A DNA stretch of 63,001 bases, the filler included, from Octopus bimaculoides (taxonomy: Eukaryota), in the NCBI RefSeq assembly GCF_001194135.2. It is 7 parts of 6 records of this genome, joined end to end, with 100 filler letters (N's around TTAATTAATTAA, not from the genome) between each part and the next. Parts side by side here need not be neighbours in the genome. Positions count along the whole stretch, not along the records: positions 32,118 to 45,713 come from NC_068993.1; positions 45,814 to 47,598 come from NW_026343988.1; positions 47,699 to 51,820 come from NC_068982.1; 4 more parts are not named here. One strand, 5' to 3'. Positions 37,590-49,437 of this stretch are shown piece after piece; the first letter of the stretch is position 1; the number at the start of each line of letters is the position of its first letter. The position numbers and the translations under genes are program-made. The notes under the pieces were generated by a model. It had not been told where the DNA came from. It made no database searches and saw nothing but the letters and a program-made list of their open reading frames with translations.

Positions 37590-38352
37590 TGTCAAATGGA
37601 GAGAGGTAGTGAGTTGAGGCCATATGGCGCAAAGAAACGAAGAGAGAAGATTAATTCCTGTTCACGGCAAAGGCAGGAGTCTGAGTGACCTCTGTGCAGA
37701 TACAGTCCGAACACAGACAAATGTTGTAGCGAATGAGCGGTAGAGCGGAAGTGGTGCGAGACCGGGGTATCATTGCCAAGTCTGATGTTTCGGAGGCGCT
37801 CCGCGAACCGGTCAGCCAATCGGTGTTCCGTTTGACTAATGTACAGGGAAGGACAGCGAGAGCAGGAGATGCAGTAAATAACATTACTGGAGGTGCAGGT
37901 AAAGGAGTCGGTAACGTGATAGGGACGATGATGGGTGCCAGTGAGGATGGTGGTGTTGGAGAGGTAGGGGCAGATGCGACAGCGTGGCGGAGAGCAGGGG
38001 AAGGAGCCAGGCTGGGAAGCAGGGGTAGGGAAGAAACTGTGGATCAGGTCACGCAGATTATGGGCTCATTTGAAGGAGGGAAGGGATAGGTTAGATGTGC
38101 GAGCTGGAGGGGTCGATCTGGAGTCGGCGGAAGGCTCGGAGAATGGTGTGTTGGAGGAGTAGGTTGGAGGGAAAAATGGAAGACGAGTAAGGGTTGGGCA
38201 GATGCGAGGAGAAAGAGCAGAGGCACGGTCCACAGATCGTTCCCGGGCAAGGGTAGTGTAGATAATGGTGAGGGGATATCTACGTAGGATATCTACGTAG
38301 GATATCTACGTAGAACCAGTGAATTATGAGAATATTTGGGCCTCAACATAAC
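37590..38352 (-). mobile_element. Penelope-like element, internally deleted (RT fragment plus GIY-YIG endonuclease)
   Basis: GYVEAQIFS (same as the copy at 32118), then TSSNVIYCISCSRCPSLYISQTEHRLADRFAERLRNIR...PVSHHF...REQELIFSL...PYGLN. Confidence 0.9.
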
Positions 38353-39130
38353 CGGGTGTTTTCACACCTTACCATAAGGGAGATATCTTCTCCACGGTAA
38401 CTGCTCTGAAATTGCCTTTTAGCAGTTGAAATATGTCACAAATATATTTTAACTAACCTAAATTTTATTTAAGCCTAAACACTGCTTGACGCTAACATTT
38501 CCTTATTTTCCTCGATCGGGCGATCTACAAGCGCAAATCAGTTGACAACCTTGACCGAATTTTTCATAAAGCTATTGCTTTGTAAGTTTGCTCAAAGTTG
38601 CTTCTCTTAAGTAAATCCCATTGACAAAAGTAAAAAAAAAAACATCGATGTCAGGGATTCCTGATAGGTGGTGACACAGAATAAACCGGTTGTTTTCACA
38701 ACTTTTTACCATAAGATATTTTCTCCTCAGTAACTGCAGTGAATTTGCCTTTTAGCAGTTGAAATATGTCACAAACATGTTTTAACTAATCTAAATTTTG
38801 CGCATATACATGTGAGTGCGTGTATATATATATATATATATATATATATNNNNNNNNNNNNNNNNNNNNNNNNNNNNNNNNNNNNNNNNNNNNNNNNNNN
38901 NNNNNNNNNNNNNNNNNNNNNNNNNNNNNNNNNNNNNNNNNNNNNNNNNNNNNNNNNNNNNNNNNNNNNNNNNNNNNNNNNNNNNNNNNNNNNNNNNNNN
39001 NNNNNNNNNNNNNNNNNNNNNNNNNNNNNNNNNNNNNNNNNNNNNNNNNNNNNNNNNNNNNNNNNNNNNAAACTGGCAATATGACCACCCCCTACTCTTC
39101 GAAACGTTTTGTTTGCAATGTCCTGTACCC

Positions 39131-39992
39131 AGATATGCACCTATATATACAGGTAGACGTAGGTATGCACATACCTGTACGTATATATGCATATACTCAT
39201 TTATTATTTGTTTTACATGACTGAACGCCCACGTCATTCCCTGTAAGTAGTTTTTGAACTTTCTATTTTTTGACGCGACTCTATCTATCTCTATCTCGTT
39301 CTTCTTTCCCCCTCTCGTTCTTCTTTCTGTTACTACTACGTATCTCTCTCTCTACCCCTCTCGTTCTTCCTTCTGTTACTACTATATCTCTCTCTTTCTC
39401 CCTCTCGTTCTTCCTTCTGTTACTACTATATTTCTCTCTTCCTCTCTTTCTCTCCTTGCTCACCTATTTTCTACTTCCTCCCCTTGTTTCTCCCCTACCA
39501 CTCTCTCTCTCTTCCTTACCCCTCGCTGGTCACATGTGTCCACTTACTAATTCTTTTCTTCCTTGGCTATCGCCGAGCAAACACGCGAACTTACTTCGTC
39601 CCGCTTCCAGTTCGTTGCTTCACAGCGTTCCATATACACATAATTTTTCACGTCTGGCCGTATAGCCTTTGCTGTTTGTTTTCCTGTCTTGTTTTCTGTC
39701 CGTCACTAGATTCCTACATGGTACAAGTTTAATTTGTGTATACAAATTTAATTTGTGGTCCGCGGGAAGAACCATTTTAACGATGCGTCCTGCCCTACTC
39801 TTCGAAACGCCTGTGTTAGAATGGGGGTAGCTGATGAAGGAAAATGTTCTCTATGTGGCCTGTGTGTGTTCTGTACTCTGGTTATTATTATTTTTTTGTC
39901 TACATTTTGTAGATATGCACCTATATATACAGGTAGACGTAGGTATGCACATACCTGTACGTATATATGCATATACTCATTTATTATTTGTT
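39131..39992. repeat. 82-bp exact direct repeat pair (39131-39212 and 39911-39992)
   Basis: Identical sequences offset by 780 bp, each preceded by CCCTACTCTTCGAAACG. Confidence 0.9.
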
Positions 39993-40011
39993 GTGTATAT
40001 ATATATATATG

Positions 40012-40075
<64 letters not shown>

Positions 40076-40113
40076 CTTCGTTTAACAACAATACACACAC
40101 ACACATATATATA

Positions 40114-40754
40114 CGAGGCCTGATCAATAAGTATCCGGACTGTTGCCATAGTAACGAAGCTAAAGTAAGGAGAGTGAAGTGGCTCAACACAGATTGACCT
40201 TGGACTCTGCTGTGCATGTGCACTAAATTTTAACGTTCTAGCAGATCCGCAACCACCAGAACTGAGAAAAACATTACAGATATGCGTGCAGCTGAGAGGC
40301 GAAATCGTCGAATCACCATCCGTGAGTTATCAGAAGATGTAGATTTGGGCATGGGATGTTTGTCTGCCAAGTTTATGACAAAGCAGCTTTCAGTTGACCA
40401 AAAGGACACTCTTGTTTCAGTTGCATAAGATCTCCTTGATTGTATCGAGATCGATGAAAACATTTTGATAACTTTGCGTAGGTCTCTGAGCAGGTATCGC
40501 CAAGCTTGTGGCAAAATTTGATACAGGTTCTCTGCTCAACTTTCTCTGTCATGGTCACACAATACAACGATCACACAATACACACGTTCCTTCCAAGTAC
40601 TACTGTAAACAGCGGAAGTGAGCTAGAATGCTACAACTTAGTGTGCATGCACAGCAGAATTCAAGATCAATCTGTGCCAAGCGGCTTCACTTTGCGTGTT
40701 TTAGCATCGTTACTATGGCAGGCAACAGTCTGGATACTTATTGATCAGACCACG
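40114..40754. mobile_element. Non-autonomous mariner derivative with long inverted ends and an internal inversion
   Basis: TA TSDs at 40112-13 and 40755-56 and imperfect inverted ends of about 115 bp. The plus strand carries a mid-transposase fragment (RRITIRELSED..DLGM..LSAKF...DQK); the minus strand carries the N-terminus (MTEKVEQRTCIKFCHKLG) from ATG 40552. Confidence 0.9.
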
Positions 40755-40857
40755 TATATACATACATACATATATATATGTATATATGCGGCAAATAAGA
40801 AAACGGAGAGGATATAAAATCGACAGACATCAGCCGGTAAACATTCCAGATGTACTG

Positions 40858-41214
40858 GGTGAATACACACACATAGTAGTACAGATTAGCAAGTGGGAAA
40901 AAATTGGTAACTGCATAAATAAGGGTGTGAATACATATAAGCATATAGGAACAAATGAGCAATTGAGCAAATTGGCAAAAAGAAAAAAACTAAATGGGTG
41001 TGCAGGTACTAGTTCCTTACAGCCGTTTATGCCAAGAGGCAACGAAATCTTCCAGGTTATCTCCATTCCTTCAGTGCTTTTTGCCAATTTGCTCATTTGC
41101 TCAATTGCTCATTTGTTTCTATATGCTTATATGTATTCACACCCTTGTTTATGCAGTTACCGGCTTTTTCCACTCGCTAATCTGTACCACTCATACATGT
41201 GTGTGTATTCATCC
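40858..41214. mobile_element. Fold-back/MITE-like element
   Basis: Inverted arms of about 125 bp (40858-40982 and 41077-41214), roughly 85-90% identical, around a spacer of about 95 bp. No TSD seen. Confidence 0.8.
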
Positions 41215-42030
41215 AACCTCAACCTCTAACTCACACAGAAATATATATATATATATATATTATTTAGTCAAGGAACTAAAGTCCCTTAAGGGATGCAAGC
41301 ATCCTAGTTCTCCGGCTCATACCAGTGTTCAGTAAAAACTAAGTATATTAGTTCATCACTGAAACATAGGCATTTAAAAGAACTTTATGAATGAGTAAAT
41401 GAAGAAAATGAAAAACAATTGACGTACAGACGTTATTTATTTTTTTTTTTTTGTACTCATAAAGCATTATGTGCCTTAAATGCTCTTTGGATACTTCCAT
41501 GTTTTAATCAAAGAAATTTTAATTCTATTATTTAATTAATTTAAATGTACGCAAATGTATAAAAATAATTTCTAATTCCATTAGACATTCTAAAATTTTA
41601 TTAAATTTCATTCAATTTTGAAAAAAGATAAAATCGGATGACGTGATATATATATATGTATATATATATATATATNNNNNNNNNNNNNNNNNNNNNNNNN
41701 NNNNNNNNNNNNNNNNNNNNNNNNNNNNNNNNNNNNNNNNNNNNNNNNNNNNNNNNNNNNNNNNNNNNNNNNNNNNNNNNNNNNNNNNNNNNNNNNNNNN
41801 NNNNNNNNNNNNNNNNNNNNNNNNNNNNNNNNNNNNNNNNNNNNNNNNNNNNNNNNNNNNNNNNNNNNNNNNNNNNNNNNNNNNNNNNNNNNNNNNNNNN
41901 NNNNNNNNNNNNNNNNNNNNNNNNNNNNNNNNNNNNNNNNNNNNNNNNNNNNNNNNNNNNNNNNNNNNNNNNNNNNNNNNNNNNNNNNNNNNNNNNNNNN
42001 NNNNNNNNNNNNNNNNNNNNNNNNNNNNNN

Positions 42031-42101
<71 letters not shown>

Positions 42102-42330
42102 ATGCTGGTGATCTTGATGTATGCATGTCTGAAAATGGGGAGAGGAGAAAGGAGTTGGTCAGTTGTAGTGTGTGCGTGGTGTGATGTGAGGGTGTTGGGA
42201 GGTGGGGAAGGCATGGGTGNNNNNNNNNNNNNNNNNNNNNNNNNNNNNNNNNNNNNNNNNNNNNNNNNNNNNNNNNNNNNNNNNNNNNNNNNNNNNNNNN
42301 NNNNNNNNNNNNNNNNNNNNNNNNNNNNGG

Positions 42331-42853
42331 GTTGACGATGAAGGGGAGGGGTGGCGATGAAGGGGGAAGGGGAAGGTGGGTATGGGAGGAGGGAGAAAGA
42401 GAGGAAGAGAAAGAGAGTAAGAGAGAAGAGAGTGAGAGTGAGAGAGAGAGAAAGAGAGAAGAGAGTGAGAGAGAGAGAGTAAGAGAGAAGAGAGTGAGAG
42501 AGGGGAGAGTAAGAGAGAAGAGGGTGAGAGAGAGTAAGAGAGTAAGAGAGAGGAGAGAAAGAGTAGGGGTGAAGAGAAGTGGGAGTGAAGAGAAGTAGGA
42601 GTGAAGAGAAGTAGGAGTGAAGAGAAGTAGGAATGAAGAGAAGTAGGAGTGAGGAGAGGTAGGAATGAAGAGAAGTAGGAGTGAAGAGAGGTGAAGAGAC
42701 GTACAGAGAAGTAGGAGAGGTGAAGTGGTAGGAGTGAAGAGAAGTAGGAGAGAAGAGAGATGAAGAGACGTACAGAGAAGTAGGAGTCGGAGCAGGAGGG
42801 GAGAGATAGGTGGGAGGAGAGGGGAGAGATGGGTGCTAGGAGGGAGGGTGGGG
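42331..42853. repeat. Purine-rich tract with a 16-bp minisatellite (GTGAAGAGAAGTAGGA)n
   Basis: At least 7 near-perfect units from 42569. Confidence 0.9.
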
Positions 42854-43654
42854 NNNNNNNNNNNNNNNNNNNNNNNNNNNNNNNNNNNNNNNNNNNNNNN
42901 NNNNNNNNNNNNNNNNNNNNNNNNNNNNNNNNNNNNNNNNNNNNNNNNNNNNNNNNNNNNNNNNNNNNNNNNNNNNNNNNNNNNNNNNNNNNNNNNNNNN
43001 NNNNNNNNNNNNNNNNNNNNNNNNNNNNNNNNNNNNNNNNNNNNNNNNNNNNNNNNNNNNNNNNNNNNNNNNNNNNNNNNNNNNNNNNNNNNNNNNNNNN
43101 NNNNNNNNNNNNNNNNNNNNNNNNNNNNNNNNNNNNNNNNNNNNNNNNNNNNNNNNNNNNNNNNNNNNNNNNNNNNNNNNNNNNNNNNNNNNNNNNNNNN
43201 NNNNNNNNNNNNNNNNNNNNNNNNNNNNNNNNNNNNNNNNNNNNNNNNNNNNNNNNNNNNNNNNNNNNNNNNNNNNNNNNNNNNNNNNNNNNNNNNNNNN
43301 NNNNNNNNNNNNNNNNNNNNNNNNNNNNNNNNNNNNNNNNNNNNNNNNNNNNNNNNNNNNNNNNNNNNNNNNNNNNNNNNNNNNNNNNNNNNNNNNNNNN
43401 NNNNNNNNNNNNNNNNNNNNNNNNNNNNNNNNNNNNNNNNNNNNNNNNNNNNNNNNNNNNNNNNNNNNNNNNNNNNNNNNNNNNNNNNNNNNNNNNNNNN
43501 TATATATATCTCTCTCTCCCTTACACACACATGCCAGTTATCTCTCTTTCTTTCTTTCTTTCTTTCTCTCTCTCCTTCTCTCACACACACAGCAACATTA
43601 CACACAAAACACATGTTGCCAAAAAGAAATAGACGCTATCTTTTTATAGTGAGT

Positions 43655-43855
43655 ATGCCGGGCGAAATGCTTAACCATATTTCGTCTGCCGTTACGTTCT
43701 GAGTTCAATTTCCGCCGAGGTCGACTTTGCCTTTCATCCTTTCGGGGTCGATAAATTAAGTACCCGTTACGCACTGGGGTCGATGTAATCGATTTAATCC
43801 CTCTGTCTGTCCCTGTTTGTCCCCTCTATGTTTAGCCCCTTGTGGGCAATAACGA
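43655..43855 (+). mobile_element. tRNA-derived SINE, family B (5' truncated)
   Basis: GCCGGGCGAAATGC...TGAGTTCAATTTCCGCCGAGGTCGACTTTGCCTTTCATCCTTTCGGGGTCGATAAA. Confidence 0.88.
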
Positions 43856-44289
43856 AAAAAGAAAAAAGAAAGTGTGGTGTGTATGTGAAGTTCTTTTGTT
43901 AGTGTGAGAGAGCAGCATGTGTGTGTGTGTGTAATGTTGCTGTGTGTGTGAGACAGGGAGAGAGAGAGAAAGAAGAAAGAGAGATAACTGGCATGTGTGT
44001 AAGGGAGGGAGAGAGATAGAGAGGGAGAGCGCATTCTCTCTGTCTCTTTTTGTTTTTTCATAACACTTTTTATGGAAACTGCCGAATTGATGTAAACAAA
44101 CCCATGTGGTCTGATTTTCATGCTTCTATGCTTCTAGGTCTTGTACCGTAAATCGCCATTTCCAAAATATATTTATTTTAAATCATTTATCCATATATAT
44201 ATGTAACGCAAGATGTGTGTATGTGTTTTGTTGATATACGGGCAACACATACACACATACGAACATGTATGCGTACAAAAAATATGTAT

Positions 44290-45094
44290 GCATTACCAGT
44301 CCTCCAGGCTTCTTCTAGTTCCTTAACTAAACCATCTCCTATTCTACGTCCCTTAGCTAAATTTATGCTAAACCTAATAGACTCATATTTGATGGCTCTT
44401 TTTAAGGCGTACCACCATTTGTTATTAATGATGGTTCCTGTCAATGCCCTCTGTATTAATATCTTGATCCGCTTTCTGTATTCCTCAATCGCCAAAAGGG
44501 ACGTATTGAGTTTCCAGTAGCCAGATCCCTGACTATGTAACTTATCTATTGTCAGTTTACAGGTAACCATCTTGTGGTCCCTGTAGCTGACTAGAAATAA
44601 CTGTGGACATTTAACTATGGACTTATCTGTTTCTCTAATTAAAATCCTATCTAGATATGTCCCGGAAGACCCGTCACTATTTGACCAGGTCTATTGTGGA
44701 GTGTTCGGGTATTCCAGCCTATATGGATCTGCTAGCTGAAAGTGACTTAGCAACTAGCCTGAATAGCAACTAGCCTGATTATCTTGCCACAACTGAATGT
44801 CAGGTCGAGAACGACCAGCCTGCCTTCTGGATCAGAAAAAAACAACTTTTTCTCGGCTACCCAGTTTCTTCTTAGTAGGACCAACACCCTACCACAACTC
44901 CCACCCGACTCGGAGAAACGTATTTCTCATAGCCGTTCAGGAGGGGTTGGGGACAGATCTCTTGGCCCCTTTACCCGGGTTTCCGTTGCAACAATCACAT
45001 CCAATTTTCTTGACCTGATGTAATTTAGGAAGCGTCCTTGCTTCCAGCTAGACATCAGGCCACGAACATTTATACAACCAATGTGAACAGACAT
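44290..45094 (-). mobile_element. Tx1/L1-like LINE ORF2 remnant (APE endonuclease and linker)
   Basis: MSVHIGCINVRGL...KLDVIVATET...GRLVVLDL, TWSN....YLDRIL, DHKMV and GYWKLNTSLL...WWYALKRAIK. It is broken by frameshifts and stops. Confidence 0.88.
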
Positions 45095-45503
45095 GACTTA
45101 GCTGTTAATCAGGGCTGTCCGGTGGAGAGGGACTCTTCACCTCTTCTTGATACAGGGTCAGAGGTGGCAGGTCTTGGGATATAGATTTGTTAAAATCCCG
45201 TCTCATTACCGACACAGAATTATCAGATGGAGGGGGTCTCCACCTTTTCCTTTTCTCGCGGGATCGGGGCTGGTATTAAAGTCCAGTCTCATTGATGATA
45301 CTGTCTTACAATATTTGTTTTGTAAAATTCTATGAGTCTTATTTGAGACTTTATACACGTCATAATTGTTATATTTCTCCGAAAGTTTATCTACTTTTTT
45401 GCTGTCTTAATGAATTGAATGTCTCTCATTAGGTCAGTATCTTTACTATAGGGGGTTCCTATAAGGTTGTTATCCACCCCTGATTGGACCTCTCCCGTAT
45501 GAC

Positions 45504-45713
45504 ATGTACGCATGCTCAGTGACTTGCTTTAACTTCCGCAGACGCAAATACTGCTGTATATGCAGCCACTATAGAGGGAAGAATGTAGACGGCAAAGTTA
45601 TTTCACTACATAGATATCCTGCAAATGTAGCTATTCGTCGTATTTGGCTTCAGAGATCGAGACTCGTGAGGAAAGACTTTGTTTACACTGCAAATAGCCA
45701 AATGTGTTCCCAG
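45504..45713 (+). CDS. THAP zinc-finger domain ORF, truncated by an assembly gap (host gene or transposase N-terminus)
   Basis: KYCCICSH...ISLHRYP...RRIWL......F....QMCSQ matches the THAP pattern C-x2-4-C...(F/L)HxFP...W...CSxHF. The final His would fall in the gap. Confidence 0.7.
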
Positions 45714-46753
45714 NNNNNNNNNNNNNNNNNNNNNNNNNNNNNNNNNNNNNNNNNNNNTTAATTAATTAANNNNNNNNNNNNNNNNNNNNNNNNNNNNNNN
45801 NNNNNNNNNNNNNCATACATACATACATACATACATACATACATACATACGTACATACATCCACATCCATAAAGGATCATGGCACATCAAAGTGAAGCAG
45901 AACACTAATTGGCTAAACGGAATTATGCAAAGCAGACAGTCAAGTAATCCGTTGTCATAGCGTGGAAGGCATCGGCGAAGGTAAATCACTGTTGTTAGGC
46001 AATCTGCAATTCCAAATCTATGCGAAAGTATCCAACGATAAATAGAAGTTTAATCAACGAATCATTGCTCAACCGTTTATCTGAGTTACATATTATAGAA
46101 TCTAAGTAACTGTATTACGCTTACATCAAAATATAAACTTCTAAATTGCAGTCATACAAGATAAACTATTCGTTTGTTTTTATTTCATATATACCTACGT
46201 ATATATATATATATATATATATATATNNNNNNNNNNNNNNNNNNNNNNNNNNNNNNNNNNNNNNNNNNNNNNNNNNNNNNNNNNNNNNNNNNNNNNNNNN
46301 NNNNNNNNNNNNNNNNNNNNNNNNNNNNNNNNNNNNNNNNNNNNNNNNNNNNNNNNNNNNNNNNNNNNNNNNNNNNNNNNNNNNNNNNNNNNNNNNNNNN
46401 NNNNNNNNNNNNNNNNNNNNNNNNNNNNNNNNNNNNNNNNNNNNNNNNNNNNNNNNNNNNNNNNNNNNNNNNNNNNNNNNNNNNNNNNNNNNNNNNNNNN
46501 NNNNNNNNNNNNNNNNNNNNNNNNNNNNNNNNNNNNNNNNNNNNNNNNNNNNNNNNNNNNNNNNNNNNNNNNNNNNNNNNNNNNNNNNNNNNNNNNNNNN
46601 NNNNNNNNNNNNNNNNNNNNNNNNNNNNNNNNNNNNNNNNNNNNNNNNNNNNNNNNNNNNNNNNNNNNNNNNNNNNNNNNNNNNNNNNNNNNNNNNNNNN
46701 NNNNNNNNNNNNNNNNNNNNNNNNNNNNNNNNNNNNNNNNNNNNNNNNNNNNN

Positions 46754-47030
46754 GTTGTGAGTGGATTTGGTAGACGGAAACTGAAAGAAGCCCGTCGTAT
46801 ATATATTTGTGTGTGTGTGTGTGTGTGTGTGTTTGTCCCCACCCCCCAACATCGCTTGACAACCGATGCTGGTGTGTTTACGTCCCCGTAACTTATCGGT
46901 TCGGCAAAAAGAGACCGATCGAATAAGTACTAGGCTTACAAAGAATAAGTCCTGGAGTCGATTTGTTCGACTAAAGACGGTGCTCCAGCATGGCCGCAGT
47001 CAAATGACTGAAAACGAATAAAAGAATATA
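46754..47030 (+). mobile_element. tRNA-derived SINE family A, 3' part
   Basis: Near-identical to 2920-3210; the 5' end is in a gap. Confidence 0.9.
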
Positions 47031-49437
47031 TATATATATATGTATATTATTTATATTATTATTTAACTGAACGCCACGCATCCATTTCCAAGTAATTAGA
47101 TAGATTTGCATCTATAACTATTATCGGATTTTGTTAGGGCCCCATATGGTGAAGATGTGGATGGGGAAAAGGTGGGTAGAGGGTGATGTGCTAGCGACCC
47201 TCTCTCCTTACTGCTTTACAAAGTAAACAACAACACAAATAACTACACAGAGGCAACCTTGGTTGAAATAAGAACAAGAACAACAAGCATCATTAAAAGA
47301 GAAAAGAAACATGGTAACTCGTTACCCAAGTGACGTTATCTTATCGGCCATCACTTGTTATGCGTTCATAAATTAGTTTGATAGTTGAGCTCTGATTGGC
47401 TGTATGCAAATGAGTTCATAACTGGGGTCCGGAACTCTCGTGGGGGAAAAATTACGCGAGCCGGCCGGCCTCGTTTGCTTTCTGGCCGATGTCGCTAACG
47501 GTGAGAACTAAAACATCAACCACAAAATCGACGATGAGGACAACTACGACGATGTCCAGGAGGAATTCGGTGATAACAACATCAATGATGAAGATGATNN
47601 NNNNNNNNNNNNNNNNNNNNNNNNNNNNNNNNNNNNNNNNNNTTAATTAATTAANNNNNNNNNNNNNNNNNNNNNNNNNNNNNNNNNNNNNNNNNNNNTA
47701 TATATATATATATACATACACACCCCCATAGATAGATAGATAGATAGATAGATAGACAGACAGATATGAGGGTAACTAATGATACATAAATAAATATGAA
47801 GATATATATTCGTGCGCGCACACACACACACATACTTATATATTTATTGCCTTTAAGATCAGATGTTCAAAGTTAGCTGGGGTTCGACGAACTTTGAGGA
47901 AGACGAAATAGGGAAATTAACTGAAATGTGCTTAGTAAATGACCTGAAAACACAGCTGTTACTCAGGAAACAACGGAAGTTTGGGCATGCAGGCTATGAT
48001 TGCATATATTTATATATACCTTTAACATACACAGCGGGGAATTACGAAAAGTAAGCTATCTGGTTAAGATTTTGAAGGGATGTTCCTTTTAAGGGGGCTG
48101 CAGCTGTTTCGGTGGAAGTGAACCAACTCACAGATGTAAAGTTTTAAGTACAGAGGTCCTTCTGTACTTGCTGATTTAAAAGAACATTACCTGGGGATGT
48201 TTGTGTTTTTTTGCTTTTTTTTTGGTGTGTGAAATAGAACTAAATGAGTTGATGTTGTTGTTAAGGTCAGCTCTAATTGAAGAAACCTATAATGAAGTCA
48301 TAATCCCGGCATGTGTCGTTTCTCTTTTTAAAACGGTAGACTGTATTCCGACGAAGAGTTCTCTGCTATTTACAGCAGGTCAAGCGGTCACATAGAGGTT
48401 TTGTCTTTGGGTTTTAGTTATTGCTCAATTTGTTACATAAACCGTACCTAGTTTATTATATATACTTCCTTCCTTGCGTCAACAGATCGACAAATGAACC
48501 GTGGAAATTCCTTGAGAAGCACTGTGTACATGTAATGCAATGTTAATAGGAGATACAAATATGGTTTCCTTTTCCATTCTTTCCGTTTACTTGCTACTAA
48601 TACATGCTTTCACAAAGTAGAACTCCTTGAAACTGTTACCCTGTATATTGACACTAAGAACTGTCTCTCTCTTTTCTCCCAATTGCTAAACTACTAATGC
48701 TCTATTAAGAGAAAAGAAAAAGATAACACATTACATTAATTTCTTCCAAGCTTTTGCTAATTTCCATTTATTAGAAGTCGCTCCTTAAAAGTGTTTTAAA
48801 ACAATATTTTATTAATAGATCTCATGTTATACCATGCTGGTGATTTCTAACAATAAAATAGTGCTATACATTATTGGCACTGACATGGAATTTAAAGAAC
48901 TTCGTAATAAGTAAGCAAGAAAAAGAAAAATTAAATACTCAGTGCATCTTCTTACTTAATTTTAAATTTCAAATCCCACCAAAGAAAGACAAAATTGTCC
49001 TCGGCAGGATTTGAAGTTTGAACTTAAAGAACCAGAAGAAATGCTGCTTAACATTTTGTTTGGCGTGCTAACGATACTTACCAGCTCGCTGTTTAGACTT
49101 AGATATGCTAGGTCTGAAAATAAAACTGGATGGTGTATGTTGGAACATTTGTAAATCTTAAGTCAGCTTGATCAGAGTAGATCAAAGGTCAATATGTAAC
49201 AACAACAGCAAAAACGAAAACGCCAGCAGCAGTCATTTTGGTGGTTCTTTTAAATCAGGTGAGGGGAAACCTTTTTTATATTTCAACGCTGCATTCATCT
49301 AATAGGAATTTAATTAGAATGGATTAAGGAAAATTAATAATAAATGTACAGAAAAATGTAATTACATTTATAGTGGAAATGTAATTATACATATTAAAAT
49401 AACAAATAAAAATATAAACTAATCTTTTAATGACTTG

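Noticed and set aside
39793-39845. CGAAAC followed by CTGATGA, a possible type II hammerhead
   Set aside because: Stems I and III cannot be formed convincingly in this order.
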